A DNA stretch of 64,000 nucleotides from contig CM120646.1 in NCBI GenBank assembly GCA_051362555.1, positions 22,444,001 through 22,508,000 on the forward strand, given 5' to 3'. The number at the start of each line of letters is the position of its first letter. Within the stretch, counting starts at the first letter, position 1. The position numbers and the translations under genes are program-made. Positions 1-12,100 of the stretch are shown here, piece by piece. The notes below the pieces were generated by a model. That model did not search any database, was not told the origin of the DNA, and saw only the letters and a list, made by a program, of their open reading frames with translations. This DNA comes from Lingula anatina. Lineage: Eukaryota > Animalia > Brachiopoda.

Positions 1-21
1 AAAGATTTGAGGATACATTAA

Positions 22-358
22 AGGCATAATAACTCTTTGTATGAGACCTATATTTCACAATAAAAACCTTGTGAATAACTAATAGAAATATAATATATTC
101 TGTTTTACCACAAAAACAGCAGTTATAGCTTTTATTCTGATATTTGAACTTGTCTTTAGACCACGCGACCTCCATTGATGTCTATACGTTGTTAAAATCT
201 CTTAAGAGATTTTAACAAAAAACCAAACTTTTTAGAAAAAAACCAGGGACTTACTTTGAATGTAAAAATGGATTCATTAACCATTGGTAAGTATGGGAAA
301 ATTGTTGTTTACTCCAGGAAAATTCATTTTTTGGCCGAAACGAAGAGTTATTATTGCT
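22..358. mobile_element. Non-autonomous TTAA-flanked DNA transposon (Kolobok-type MITE), 337 bp
   Basis: TTAA at 18-21 and 359-362. Imperfect TIRs: left AGGCATAATAACTCTTTG, right (revcomp) AGCAATAATAACTCTTCG. TTAA TSD with 5'-AG..CT-3' termini matches the Kolobok superfamily (piggyBac ends are usually CC..GG). Confidence 0.8.
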
Positions 359-654
359 TTAACTGGTTTTCTGTTCTCAAATAAATCTGCAATTTGTATC
401 CACCCGGTCAAAAAAAATGGCCGATGTGCAAAGTATATCTTCACGTATACCCTCGACAAAAAGAAAAAAACAGCCCAAAAATAATGCAAAATTTAGAGAA
501 TGGTACTTAGAGTCCTAATTCCTAATAGACTCTGTCTGGCTATCACATTATAGTATCCACGTATTGCAATGCTGATACATTAACATTCCGCAAATGTCGC
601 CATTAGACAAAACGGGATTTTTTTATTACATCAACCTCCACAACAAATGTTCAA

Positions 655-1615
655 GTGGAATCGCAATGTCTAAAAACAGGTCCATCGCTGTTTTGTGCAC
701 ATTTGGTATTTCCACTGGAATCGATCATTTTCAGATTGCGACAAGTTGTATCACAGCCTCGTGCGAAATTCGCACCAATCGCACTCTACGTTTGTCGCTG
801 TATCGTTTCTTTGCCACGTAGCTCCAGCTGTGTCCGCTAAAGGCGCAAACCATTAGGCTTCTTAACGAAAGATAACCGTAAATTGCATTTCTCTGTGTTA
901 CACAATCCGTTTTCTTAGAATTTCATGCTACATCTATGGTTATAAACTTAGACTTCATGTACATACATGTAGGTGACGTCATAGGTACCTACACCAAACG
1001 TAAACGCACGTTTATCACACTTGAACATTTTGTGATCTGCTATTGTAAAAAGGTTTACAGTCATTTTTACAGAAATGTTGATCAAAACAGCGGGGTTAAT
1101 GTGCATTCCCAGAAAAGTCCGGAGGGGCATATTTAATCATTTTTATTGGTTCAAGAAACATATTTGATAATGGTTACATACACAGGTGGCAATTCGCTAT
1201 TTTAGCACTATATGCTCACCTCGGGACGGACTAATTAAGTACGTACAGACGCCAGGAGACCGCTTGCATTGGCTTCTGTTCATTCACAGTGACACTGGAA
1301 ACGTCTTTATTTAAGAACGACTCTATCATGGCCACAGTATCCAACTACAACGGGGTACCAAATCGACAAAGTGCCTTGCCTATAAAGGTCATAATGTATC
1401 AGAATTCAAGATTTATTCAAGATTTATACCATGTCTCATTCAACTGACAATACATAAGTTCAAAAAAATAACGTAAATTTTGAAAGACCTAATTACCGTT
1501 ACGATACTCGAGCGATCTGAGTTTACTTCAAAGACCATACACTGAATCTCGAGAAGTAAGCCAACCACAGAAGTTATAATCCACCGTGCGTGTGTGGAGA
1601 TCATTGAAACACTTG
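655..1615 (-). pseudogene. Possible decayed multi-exon gene for a secreted Cys-rich protein
   Basis: Splice-signal-bounded segments on the - strand: 1615-1497 (MISTHARWIITSVVGLLLEIQCMVF..., signal-like), 1379-1220 (KALCRFGT.., FQCHCE, SQCKRSPGVC in different frames) and 836 onwards (RGCDTTC..TKC..RHCDST*). No single frame is open; several frameshifts or stops are needed. Confidence 0.25.
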
Positions 1616-3119
1616 CTAGAACAAAATGAAAAAAGTGGATACCACGTGCACCGCATGATCTCAAATACCGAGCACGATTTTCTTTTTTCTCACTGGAATG
1701 GGTATGCTTCTTTATGAATCCAATCAAATAAAATTGATTGCTTGATAATTTTGTTAAAAGTCATTGACGCCGAAATGCGAGCTGCAAATCTATTCAAGTC
1801 CAATTATCAAAGAAATGGATACAATCTTTCATAAAAACCACGTCTAATCCAAGTGGAATAGGCATATAAACCGCAAGTGATGTCTTAAAAAAAAACATCG
1901 GAGCCGGTGGATGAAATTAAAGAAATTGGTCCGCAGGCAGGAAATACCGTGATTTGTGCTGGAAAGCTTTTTAATAGCATTATCACGAGGTTTATGTTCT
2001 AATAAGATGGGTTATGCCTCATCATACTTTAGATAATGCTTCAGTGAAAATGATTCATAGGGGCATAATCTGATTCAATCGATGATAAAGCGATATGATG
2101 TCCGTTAATCTGCGATGTCTGTGCTACGAATTGGTTATGTTCTTGCTGGTTTCTTTTACTCAATCTTGATAGGCTTTTGATTTGCGATGCACAACTGGTA
2201 AGTGGTAAGTGCTATTCAATAAAATCCTTGCATCTCTCTCTGGCGATCTTAACGATTATTCGTGTTCGTTTTGCTTGTTTGATTTTTAATTGCATCTTAG
2301 CGAAGTGCTTCTGTAGATCTGGAGGCTGATACGCGTCAAGCTCGAATTAACACACTTCTTTATGAGCCATTACCAATAGGCCCAAAGCAACGGTATCAAC
2401 AGCCGAATTTCCAATAGCAAATGCCGTAATTAAAACCCGATATTACTTTGCAGCGAATAATCGTTGTCTTGAAAGTTCGCTTAAGAATATACACTGCCAT
2501 ATATTGTGCGATATTGGGTTTCCAACTTCTTGAATGCCTTCCCAAATTTGCAAGGAAAGTAATCGGGGAAAGAGGGTTCCATTGTTTGAAATTGTCTATT
2601 TTCTATGCTCATGGTGATCGCGTGATGATGGCGTATTTCACCTTGTTTTAAGAAAGAAATGTCGAGTATCACCGCATAAAAATGTAATTATTAAAGCGGT
2701 GAACTATCTTGCTAGTTTTGACAATGTTCCAGAATAAAACATGTCGAATATCACCAATTGTTAAAAGAAGAAGATACGTTCTTCTCGTGTGAGCATTTGC
2801 AGGTAACGTGAACATTGGCAGGTAGTAATCTGACAGCATAGATAGCGTTACAAGAGTTTAGAAAATGTTCCAGAAAAATTCGCTCAAAGTTTAACATGGC
2901 CATGACATTTGATGAAAATGACTGGCATATCGCGCCAAGACGTTCGTCCGCGTGTACCCAATAAACGTGCATGTGATGCATTACTTATGTAGCCTACCAT
3001 ATGGCACAGCAAAGGGGCATGGCGGTCGTAATATTTGTGTCCTACAGCTCGAAATGATGGTTGTTGATCTTATAAAACAACGCAATTCTGATTTGATATG
3101 TATCTAGATAAAACACCAC

Positions 3120-3219
3120 CGTGTACCTGAAACGTGTGACTCAATAAAACACCAAAGCATAGCGTACCTGCGTGTACCTGAAACGTGTGACTCAATAAAA
3201 CACCACAACATAGCGTACC
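3120..3219. repeat. Tandem duplication, 51-bp period, 2 copies
   Basis: GTGTACCTGAAACGTGTGACTCAATAAAACACCA.. starts at 3121 and again at 3172. Confidence 0.9.
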
Positions 3220-3840
3220 TAAAATGTTTTTCTTCATACGACAAGAGGAAGTGGAAGCCAATGTCCAAACACAACACAGTGAAGTGAACGTGCGTTAACA
3301 TCCCTTTACATAAAGCTACATGTACACGGAAGACTTGTGTGTCAAAAAGTCAGTGTCAGTGAATTAGAGTGAGTTATTGCTGCATCTCGAGTACTTAAAA
3401 TGATGTATCAATTTCTTTTGCAAGTCTGTCGAATATCCATAATGTATTGTAATAAACTCTTATTTTCAATATAATGTTAGAACTGTATAATGTACTTGCA
3501 GCATTTCCCTTCTAAAGGCAAGCTCGTTTTAATCGGCTTAAACGAGGCACTTATCAGGTGAAGTAAAACAAGGTGTCTCACATATAAACCATAGACATAT
3601 AACAACTTACTTCATGGTCTGGCACGGAAAAAGAAATTAAATGGAGAAGTTGATCAAATAGATATTATACTCACAAGATTGAGCAGACCTTCAGAGATGA
3701 ACAAGCACCATGGCGCCAACGGTTGTACCGATACAATGAAAGCAAAGCATTGCCAAAGGCTTAGAGAACAAGCCACTCGGACCGCAAGTATACCAGAAAA
3801 AATTATCTTGATGTAACTACCACAGCAGGAGAGCTCTAGC

Positions 3841-3906
3841 GTCTGTCTGATGCGGGGCTGACTCTTACGTTTATATGTGGTGACGGTGCTTCAGCAGGCT
3901 GCGTCA
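3841..3906 (-). promoter_or_regulatory. Candidate TATA-box core promoter on the - strand
   Basis: TATAAA (3875-3870), Inr-like TCAGAC about 27 nt downstream (3850-3845), CRE-like TGACGCA upstream (3906-3900). Strong donors follow downstream: GTGAGT at 3674 and GTAAGT at 3610. Confidence 0.35.
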
Positions 3907-6900
3907 CTCATGTCATCTTCTGTCACGAAATCAACGGTCGATTAGACTTCGAAATCATGAGGATAAATTCAAACTTCGCCAACAATTGTATTAACTAATT
4001 AAGTCACGTTTTTTATTTCATTTCCACCTGCCCAGCCTCGTGGTTATATATATAGAACACGTGGACAATACCAACAGCCATAACATGAATGATTATAGGC
4101 AAGCTTTTTGAAGTGGCTTTAATCATCATTTTAATTTTAAAATCAAAATCCAATAAACACGACCCCAAACGCATACACATAGTACAGGTTTGAATTGATC
4201 CATTGAAGTATATGTTTTTGAACTCAGACTCTTACACTTATTAACTCTTTTAAGGCTCCGTGTCCGACTTTGATTTCGAAGCCAATTAGCTTTCAACAGG
4301 CTTGTTCCTTGCATGGCTGTTCCGTCTTCTAACGCATGTGTTTTAGCCTTTTATTTTCATTTATATGGCCTTTTTATCTTCAGTGACATCGATGTTATTG
4401 GTATTTATTCATCGTGTGAAAAAAAGTTGACTTAATAACGAGGATTTTTCTCTTTGAAAATGTCTCCACACATCCGTCGTCAGATCTCTCTTGTTAATGC
4501 TGTTCATTCCATGGCGGATATTGTCAAACGCGAACTGATTAAGATTTTATTGCAGGCTCCTTGGTCCGCTCTTTTTGTTGCATGAGGAGGCATCACCCTT
4601 GACGATCCTTGTAGAGAGTATGATCTCAATCTGACAGTCAACGCAAGGGGCACTTATAAGATTGGTTCGAAAGTTATAAAAACGTATACGTATTTTCTAT
4701 TTTATTTTTCTAGTTTCTTTTTTAGTTTATTCAACAATATCCCGGTATTGAATGCAGTGATATAAGCAATATTAAACCATATTCACAGGTATTTATTTTT
4801 CAGCTTTAGAAATAAATGCTTTCGTTATTGCAATTTTGAAAGCCACAGTTGAAGAACACACGATGGGCTCAGGTTCAGAATCACCGACATACGTTTCGTG
4901 TAACAAGTATACTTTGTATGTATATGCTATTGAACTCAAATGGTATTTCCAAGCTTCTACGCCATTGTTGTTGCATTGTTGTAGGTCATTTAACCGCGTT
5001 TCATGTGGTTTACACAAACATTCTGTACAATATGTTAAGATAAAGGAAAAACTATGGTAAATATACATTTCGTGTTCAGTGCGTAATACGCAGTGTATAC
5101 TTACCCGTATTTAGGCTTGGGTCCAGGAGTAATCGCACGTACCTTTTTTATCTGAAACCAAGAGAAGAATTGCATAATTAATGGCTCTTCGTTATTTCGT
5201 TTCTGTTTAGTACAACAATCACGGCGCAATAGTGGTAGATATTAAACAAGCAAATGCTCATTACGCTCTCTTTGTTATAGAGTCTACTTTTGATAAATGA
5301 CCTCAAATTTGTCTTTCAAAACAAAGACCATAAAGCACACCTGTCGCTTCAACATCCTGTTCTGTTTATTTGAATATTCGTTATTGCATAAATCTTATAT
5401 ATCGATTCCTCCGTTTGTTTCGTTGTGGAGAGCTCGCCTACGTGTGGATCGTATCAGTGACGAATGCAGCGTTAACCTGGACAGAATACATTTACCATTT
5501 CTACGCGATTCTAATCAAACCCACAGGGCGGAACTGTTTCCTCTGCAAGGCTACTTTAACTTAATTAACTGTTGGAAAAGGCTGCCCGGCGAGGATGATC
5601 TTCCAGTACAAATACGAGATACTAATTACATTATCTACATTAATTGTCACCTCCCTGTCCCGTCCGAGAAAAGATATGTATCACAGCACCAATCATCTTC
5701 GAGAAACGCCTTATTGAATTTCAGAAATCGAATTTTGACTCTCATCCATTCTTAAGTTACTTAAGTGGCGATGGCGTCGATGACTTGTTCGATTGTTGTT
5801 TTGCAACAAAACCAAAGGCAATTTGCAACATTTCTACTAATATACAGATACAAGAGCAAAACAGAAACCATACAGCTTTTACTGTGGGTGGTTCCATACG
5901 TAATGGACTACTGTGTACACTCCATCCTAGTACACTTTCTGCCCAATCACGTACAAAAGCATGCTAAAACATGAAAACGTTTGTCCAACAAATATGAGTA
6001 GGTACCTTCTTTGAAGTCAATACACGATAACTGATAAGTGCCGAAAGAATATAACATTGAAAATCGAATGTCTCTACTAATGGCCATGTTTTCGTTTTCT
6101 TCGCACGGTATTGTATAGTATGGAAGGTTTTCATGGTGATATGTAAGGGCTGACAGTTTTTTAAAATGAGCTATGTGATTCCAACTTTTGTCAAAATATT
6201 GTACCATGAAGAGAGTAATTCAAAAGGAATTAAATACAATAAAAGTCAATAACTTGACATGAAATAACACCCTTGCTTGGACTGAATTGTGACATACATA
6301 CACGGTGGACATCTACTGTGCACCACTACAAGTAGGAAAATAAGCCCCCTTTTCAATGCATATCTTTGTCTATTACAAAGCAGTCAGCCAAAGTTAAAAG
6401 CAGAATGTGATATAACCCAGGCCTGGACTCTATGAAATTAGATCCTAAATTGCTGTATAAACGTAATAATACAATCGGTCTGTAGAATCATCGACCGAGT
6501 CAGCATCACTGCCACTGTTTCACCAATTTAGCCTGTCATCTAACTGTCTTTGTAGTTTCCCGCACAGCCTATTACGTGGGTCAAATCAGCGATGGAAACG
6601 AACGATATGGATGCTTCCCTGGCACTGCCTTCTGCAACATAGAAGATAATCGTCGTTGGAGCCAACCTAATGTTTCTTTTGGCGACGAGTTTCTTCAGAG
6701 ATCTGTTTTTTCAGTTAGTTAGTAATTTGCGTCTGCTATCTGCTGGTAGTTAATGTGTTACATGGATGTTATGCTCGCAACATACTTTGACATTTTTGTT
6801 TCATTACAATTTTGCATAAATTTCCAATTTGTCTAGATAACATTTACGGTAGGTAAATACAATATGCATCGAATCAGAAGAACATCACGTTTTGATATTT

Positions 6901-7776
6901 GCAATAGTCTAAACAATTAACATTTTGGCACCGGCTACCAAAATGCACAAAAGGAAAAGTCGACAATTGGGCATCATGATGTTTATTTGAAGTCCAAGGC
7001 ACGTGCACATGACCCTTCCAATATTGTCCCAAGTTTGAAAAGATCTGGCAGCTTAGAGAGTGAGTGAAGAGTGAGGGCATGCTGAAAACTGAGCGTTGAT
7101 CTCCTGACCAGAGTCTTTTAAATGTGGTATGACATGGAACAGGACCATCGGTTGTCCTTTGGGGCGACAAACCAATTAAGATATAAATCGAAACTACAGA
7201 AAATGATTTGCTTAAATGCGTCAGGCATTTCCTTCGCATCAGTCAAGCAGAGATAGTATCAGACCGTGTTCACGTCAATACAAAAAAGGCTGTTTTAAAT
7301 ATTCCTTGGAGTCAATTGTGCTGGAATACTATGAGGCTCCGTACAAACGGCTGCTCATTAATTTTGTAATTCATCATGAAAAAGGTGATAATTGTTCTGT
7401 GTCCTTTTACAGCAGGACTCTACTCAAACAGGCTTGTATCTGGTATGGCATACTTTTAAAAATGTTATTAAATAAGTTCGATGTAAGAATTATACCGGCT
7501 AACAAACCAGAATGAATGGCATACAGATACATTAGAATCTCTGTTCTAACTAATTATTACTGCCATCACAATTAAATCCCGCGATTAAAAGGCGGCATCA
7601 CAGAGGAATTGACTCATAAAAAAATTGTCATCAGACACATAAAGTGGGATTAGATGCCCATGTTGAGGTGAATCCATCAACCAAACCAAAAAATGAAGAA
7701 GCGGTTACCTCAGGTGCATGTAAAGCGCACCTTTGCATACACTCCTAAGCACAACTTCAATGCCATCCTGTCGGCC

Positions 7777-8318
7777 AACATGCACCAACCTGTACCAACG
7801 TGTACTAACGTGTGTCAACATGTACCAACGTGAACCAACATGTACCAACGTGCACTAACGTGAACCAACATGTACCAACCTGTACTAACGTGTGTCAACA
7901 TGTACCAACGCGAACCAACATCTACCAACGTGCACTAACGTGAACCAACATGTACCAACGTGCACTAATATGTGTCAACATGCACCAACGTGAACCAACA
8001 TGTACCAACGTGCACTAATATGTGTCAACATGCACCAACGTGAACCAACATGTACCAACGTGCACTAATATGTGTCAACATGCACCAACGTGAACCAACA
8101 TGTACCAACGTGCACTAATATGTGTCAACATGTACCAACGTGAACCAACATGTACCAACGTGCACTTATATGTGTCAACATGTACCAACGTGAACCAACA
8201 TGTACCAACGTGTGTCAACATGTACCAACGTGCACTAACGTGTGTCAACATGTACCAACGTGCACTAACGTGTGTCAACTTGTGCCAACGTAAACCGACA
8301 TGTACGAACATGCGCCAA
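7777..8318. repeat. Minisatellite of 10-bp monomers (TGTACCAACG-like) with a 50-bp higher-order repeat
   Basis: Monomers TGTACCAACG/TGCACTAATA/TGTGTCAACA/TGAACCAACA are in register. TGAACCAACA recurs at 7941, 7991, 8041, 8091, 8141 and 8191. Confidence 0.97.
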
Positions 8319-8705
8319 TATATACCGCCTGCTTGCTTCACGTAGAAGCATGGCGGCCTTACACTTAACCATTGTCATTTGGCACTACTTTTTAGAGGTA
8401 CCCGTTTTTGCCTTAATTTATTTAATTCACAATATGAAAAATAAATACATGAACTTCATATATCATACTTTTTGTGAAATGCTTTTCTTTAACTACATAG
8501 CAAAATATAACAGGAAGAAAATTAGAGAGCATACTAGTTAGTTGATAGACACTATTTTTGTGATTACAGTTTACTTATTACAAATAAATTATTTTACATC
8601 ATCTGAATGCTATTATGAGTAATAAGAATATGTTATAAATAGTTTAAATGTACAAGATGCACACTCAATATAAATATCTGATCAAAAACAGAAGACTTTT
8701 AACCT

Positions 8706-8921
8706 ATTTCCTCCTTCGCCAAAGAAGTTACGCTTTTGGTTCTGTTACTTCGTTAGTAAGTTAGTTAGTTAGTTAGTTAGCTCGTTAGGAACTTTTCAGG
8801 TTAGACCAGAAATTCACAAAATAATATATGTTGGTGATGATCCACCAATTAATTAATGGTTTATAACAAGTTAATTATATGTCTTGGCCGAACTCTTCGC
8901 TGTCTGAATGCTTTTCTATTT
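8706..8921 (+). mobile_element. Degenerate Helentron-associated non-autonomous element (HINE/DINE-like)
   Basis: Subterminal inverted repeats CCTTCGCCAAAG (8713) and CTTGGCCGAA (8883), an internal (GTTA)n microsatellite at 8752-8780, and a degenerate 3' stem-loop/CT-rich end CGCTGTCTGAATGCTTTTCTATTT. This is the typical layout of this element class. Confidence 0.6.
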
Positions 8922-9071
8922 GAACGTTTTTCGGGTGTGAACAAACTTTCTATTTGTAGCCCGAACAAGAAGGCATACTGTCGTTTATATTGAATTTGCA
9001 CACAATTTTGTATATGTGCGCCATATCACTGAGCAGGGCAAGACTGCCTGCTGAAGACTAATAATTCCTTT

Positions 9072-9146
9072 CCCAGCAAACACATAACGTTTTTATAACC
9101 AAATAACGTTATGGTAACGTTATTAGAAAGTTCTGTGTTTGCTGAG
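9072..9146. mobile_element. Small MITE with CCCAGCAAACAC-type TIRs and internal AACGTT repeats
   Basis: Left CCCAGCAAACACATAAC versus right revcomp CTCAGCAAACACAGAAC (15/17). Three internal TAACGTT motifs; TT on both flanks. Confidence 0.7.
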
Positions 9147-12100
9147 TTTCTTGACGGAAATGAACAAAAATAGTCTACAGGCTAAGCTGTTTATTTGCGA
9201 GCTACGATACACATTCAAACCACCCAAAAAAAAGAAAGAAAGAATTTAAAAAGAAACACCAATACAGTCGAGTTCAGCTAAGGCTACAGATATACCTACC
9301 TCATCCTTCTGCAATGCTGGCAACTGTATAACTGACTAGCATACAAACGTTTTCACATATACCTTGTGATGCTATAGTCTTACGCTCCTCAGCGCAGCTT
9401 TGCCGATTAAATAAATACGCATAAAGGTCAAAAGATGTATGCTTTTTTTAATCCAACTGCGGGTAGCTACGTACTCCTACGACTGTTTAAACGAACGAAT
9501 CTTAAAGACAAGCGATCATTTAAGGATAAATGAGAATTTAAAACCATATTCTTGACAGTTGAATGAGTTAAGTGGTTGAATTAATGCTACAGGACACTGG
9601 TATTTGGCACCTGCAAGCTCATATTAAAACGTCATACAAACTCATGTTCTACTGCGCATTTTAATTTGTAGAGCCCGTATTAATTAACGGTCAGCTCTGC
9701 ATGTAATTTCTGCTGGGTTTTGTATTTTAATACGGACAATGACATATTTACAGACCTGAATATCTTATTCCAAAATTTGTCAGGCAAACGCAAAGTAAAC
9801 AGATTAGGATTGTTAGATGATTTTCCCAGGTCTCCGTAAACTATTTATCGGAAAATATGTATGCGATGCGGGGTAAATATATAAACAGACCGCCATCACT
9901 GAAACCATTCGGCTCTTACTGCGACCGCATACCGTGCCCAATTATTCTACTGTCAACCTTACTTATGGTCAGTTTCCACAAAATAACTCCAGTCCGGTAG
10001 CTGGTCTTTAATTTAACCGGAACATATTGGTCTTCTTCACTTTACCATTTATCCGTATTATTTTGCTGAAGTGAAGCAGCCATCTATCTCTATCATTTCT
10101 CACTTGTGTAAAAAGCAAGCGCAAAATCTTATGACCATGAAGACTTATACTGACTGATTTTTGGTCAAAGAAGGATATTAGCTGACACTTTGATGTTAGG
10201 TTTTTAAAATTTGTTAAGCAGGTTCCTTTGTTGTCAGCTTTATAGGGAAGACACATGCTTTGAACGTTTATACGGAACGATGATTGCAAAACTAACAGAA
10301 CCAATTAACAACTAACAGAGAGATAATCCCTTATCGTGGTTCACGTTTTTCTCTAGGTTAGAACTTCTCGCATAAATATTACCAAATAACTGTTGCATAA
10401 TTCCGAACCACTGATATGTATTTTAATAGTCCCATGACATTAACAGTTCCGTTCGGAGCCAACCGCAGCATACTTAGACACAGAGTATACCGTTAAGTTG
10501 ACAAGGCAGACGACAAGACCCCGTAGATTGATTAAATAAGACAGTAATTTGCGGCGATAACGTCCTCTTGCATTGATTACCGATCTGCGAGCAACAACCA
10601 ATTGCCTTAATTAGTTTTGACACCCTTGCTGCGGATTGTGCTTTAATTACATCAATTAGCTACCACATATAGCGCCAAGCCTGCGGTGGGAACGTTTGTG
10701 AAGAGACAGTTAATGTGATTGTTGCGTTAAAGTGATATATGCCAATCCATTACGTGAACGCTGAACGGAAAGTTAACCGGTGGAGACTTCTGTTGAGGAG
10801 CGCTTGATGTTGTTTCATGAAACAGCAACGGTTTTTCATGCGTTTTGTTTCGTATCGTTCAGCGAGGAAGAATAACTGGAATGGCGTTATAAGTTAGCTA
10901 TATTATCAATTAAGCTTTAAACTAGTAATAAAGAAGCCTATTTGCCCTGTCATCGCAAATAGTTAAGATGGGTCCAATACCACATATACACATTTGACAA
11001 AATTACTCAATTAATCACATAACGAGTGCTCTAATATATAGGTACATCAAATTCCCATTTAGGGACCCCACAAGAATAATGCAGAAGGGCTAACGAGTAT
11101 GATAACTACATTGTAGTATGCTGGCTTCCCTGGGGACAACGGGTTTGATAAATTTGGAACAAACCAAAATGTACTTTGTAAAAGTCCTTCAGCGCGTGTC
11201 TGCCATTATTCATTTGGGCCTGGAATAGGCAGATAGAGGTCCACAGACCGAATACACCACGCGTGAATACACAACGTATGTTGGTTAAAAATGGAGAATT
11301 CTCATGGGTCCCCCAGTCATCTATCATACTACCACATCAGAGATGTCTACAACCCACCCGAGCCGACCACAATTTCCATCAATTTGATGTTGTATACAAT
11401 GCAAATAGGCAATTTGCTTATTGTAAGTGCGGATTGGGGGGCGCAAGAGCTGCTAAAATAAATCAATCAAAACTATAAAGAAAACCATTCTGTTATTTAC
11501 AATGCCGTGTCATAATCATATAAGCATATCGTGGAGCAGTCTGTGGCTATAAATGTTTATACCCGTTAGAAGGACCAAAAACAAACTGAACTACACTGAA
11601 TAAGAAGAAGTTATATTTGACTATAAAATAAGTAAAAAGCAATCCCCACTTCATTTATATTGGATTTTGGTCCAAACAAATTGAATCATTGTTGTAGAAA
11701 GGCATTTCGATTAAAACAACTTTGATCTATGAGAAACAGCCAATTGGGTAACTTTTGCTAAAAAATTAAAGCCAAACTTGCTTGGCGCACAGGCAGTTTC
11801 GACTACATCATACGAACTTGTTCGCATCCCTAGATGGCACCACTGCACACCAAGCAAATTCTCATGGTTTATAATGGACCATAATTACATTACTTTAGTT
11901 TCAGTTAAAATCTATATTCAGCGTACCTTAACAACGGCTACTTAACAATACACACCGTAGCAAATTGGACTAGAATACAGTTAAACTTAAACTAATGGCA
12001 GGCAGACAGAGACGATGCTGATGAAAATGCGATTAGATTTGAACATCAAACACACAATCGATACGATTTTATGGAGCACCATATTATACGCGTTTTGCAA

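Noticed and set aside
8075-8345. Repetitive ORFs on both strands
   Set aside because: Translation of the 10-bp minisatellite.
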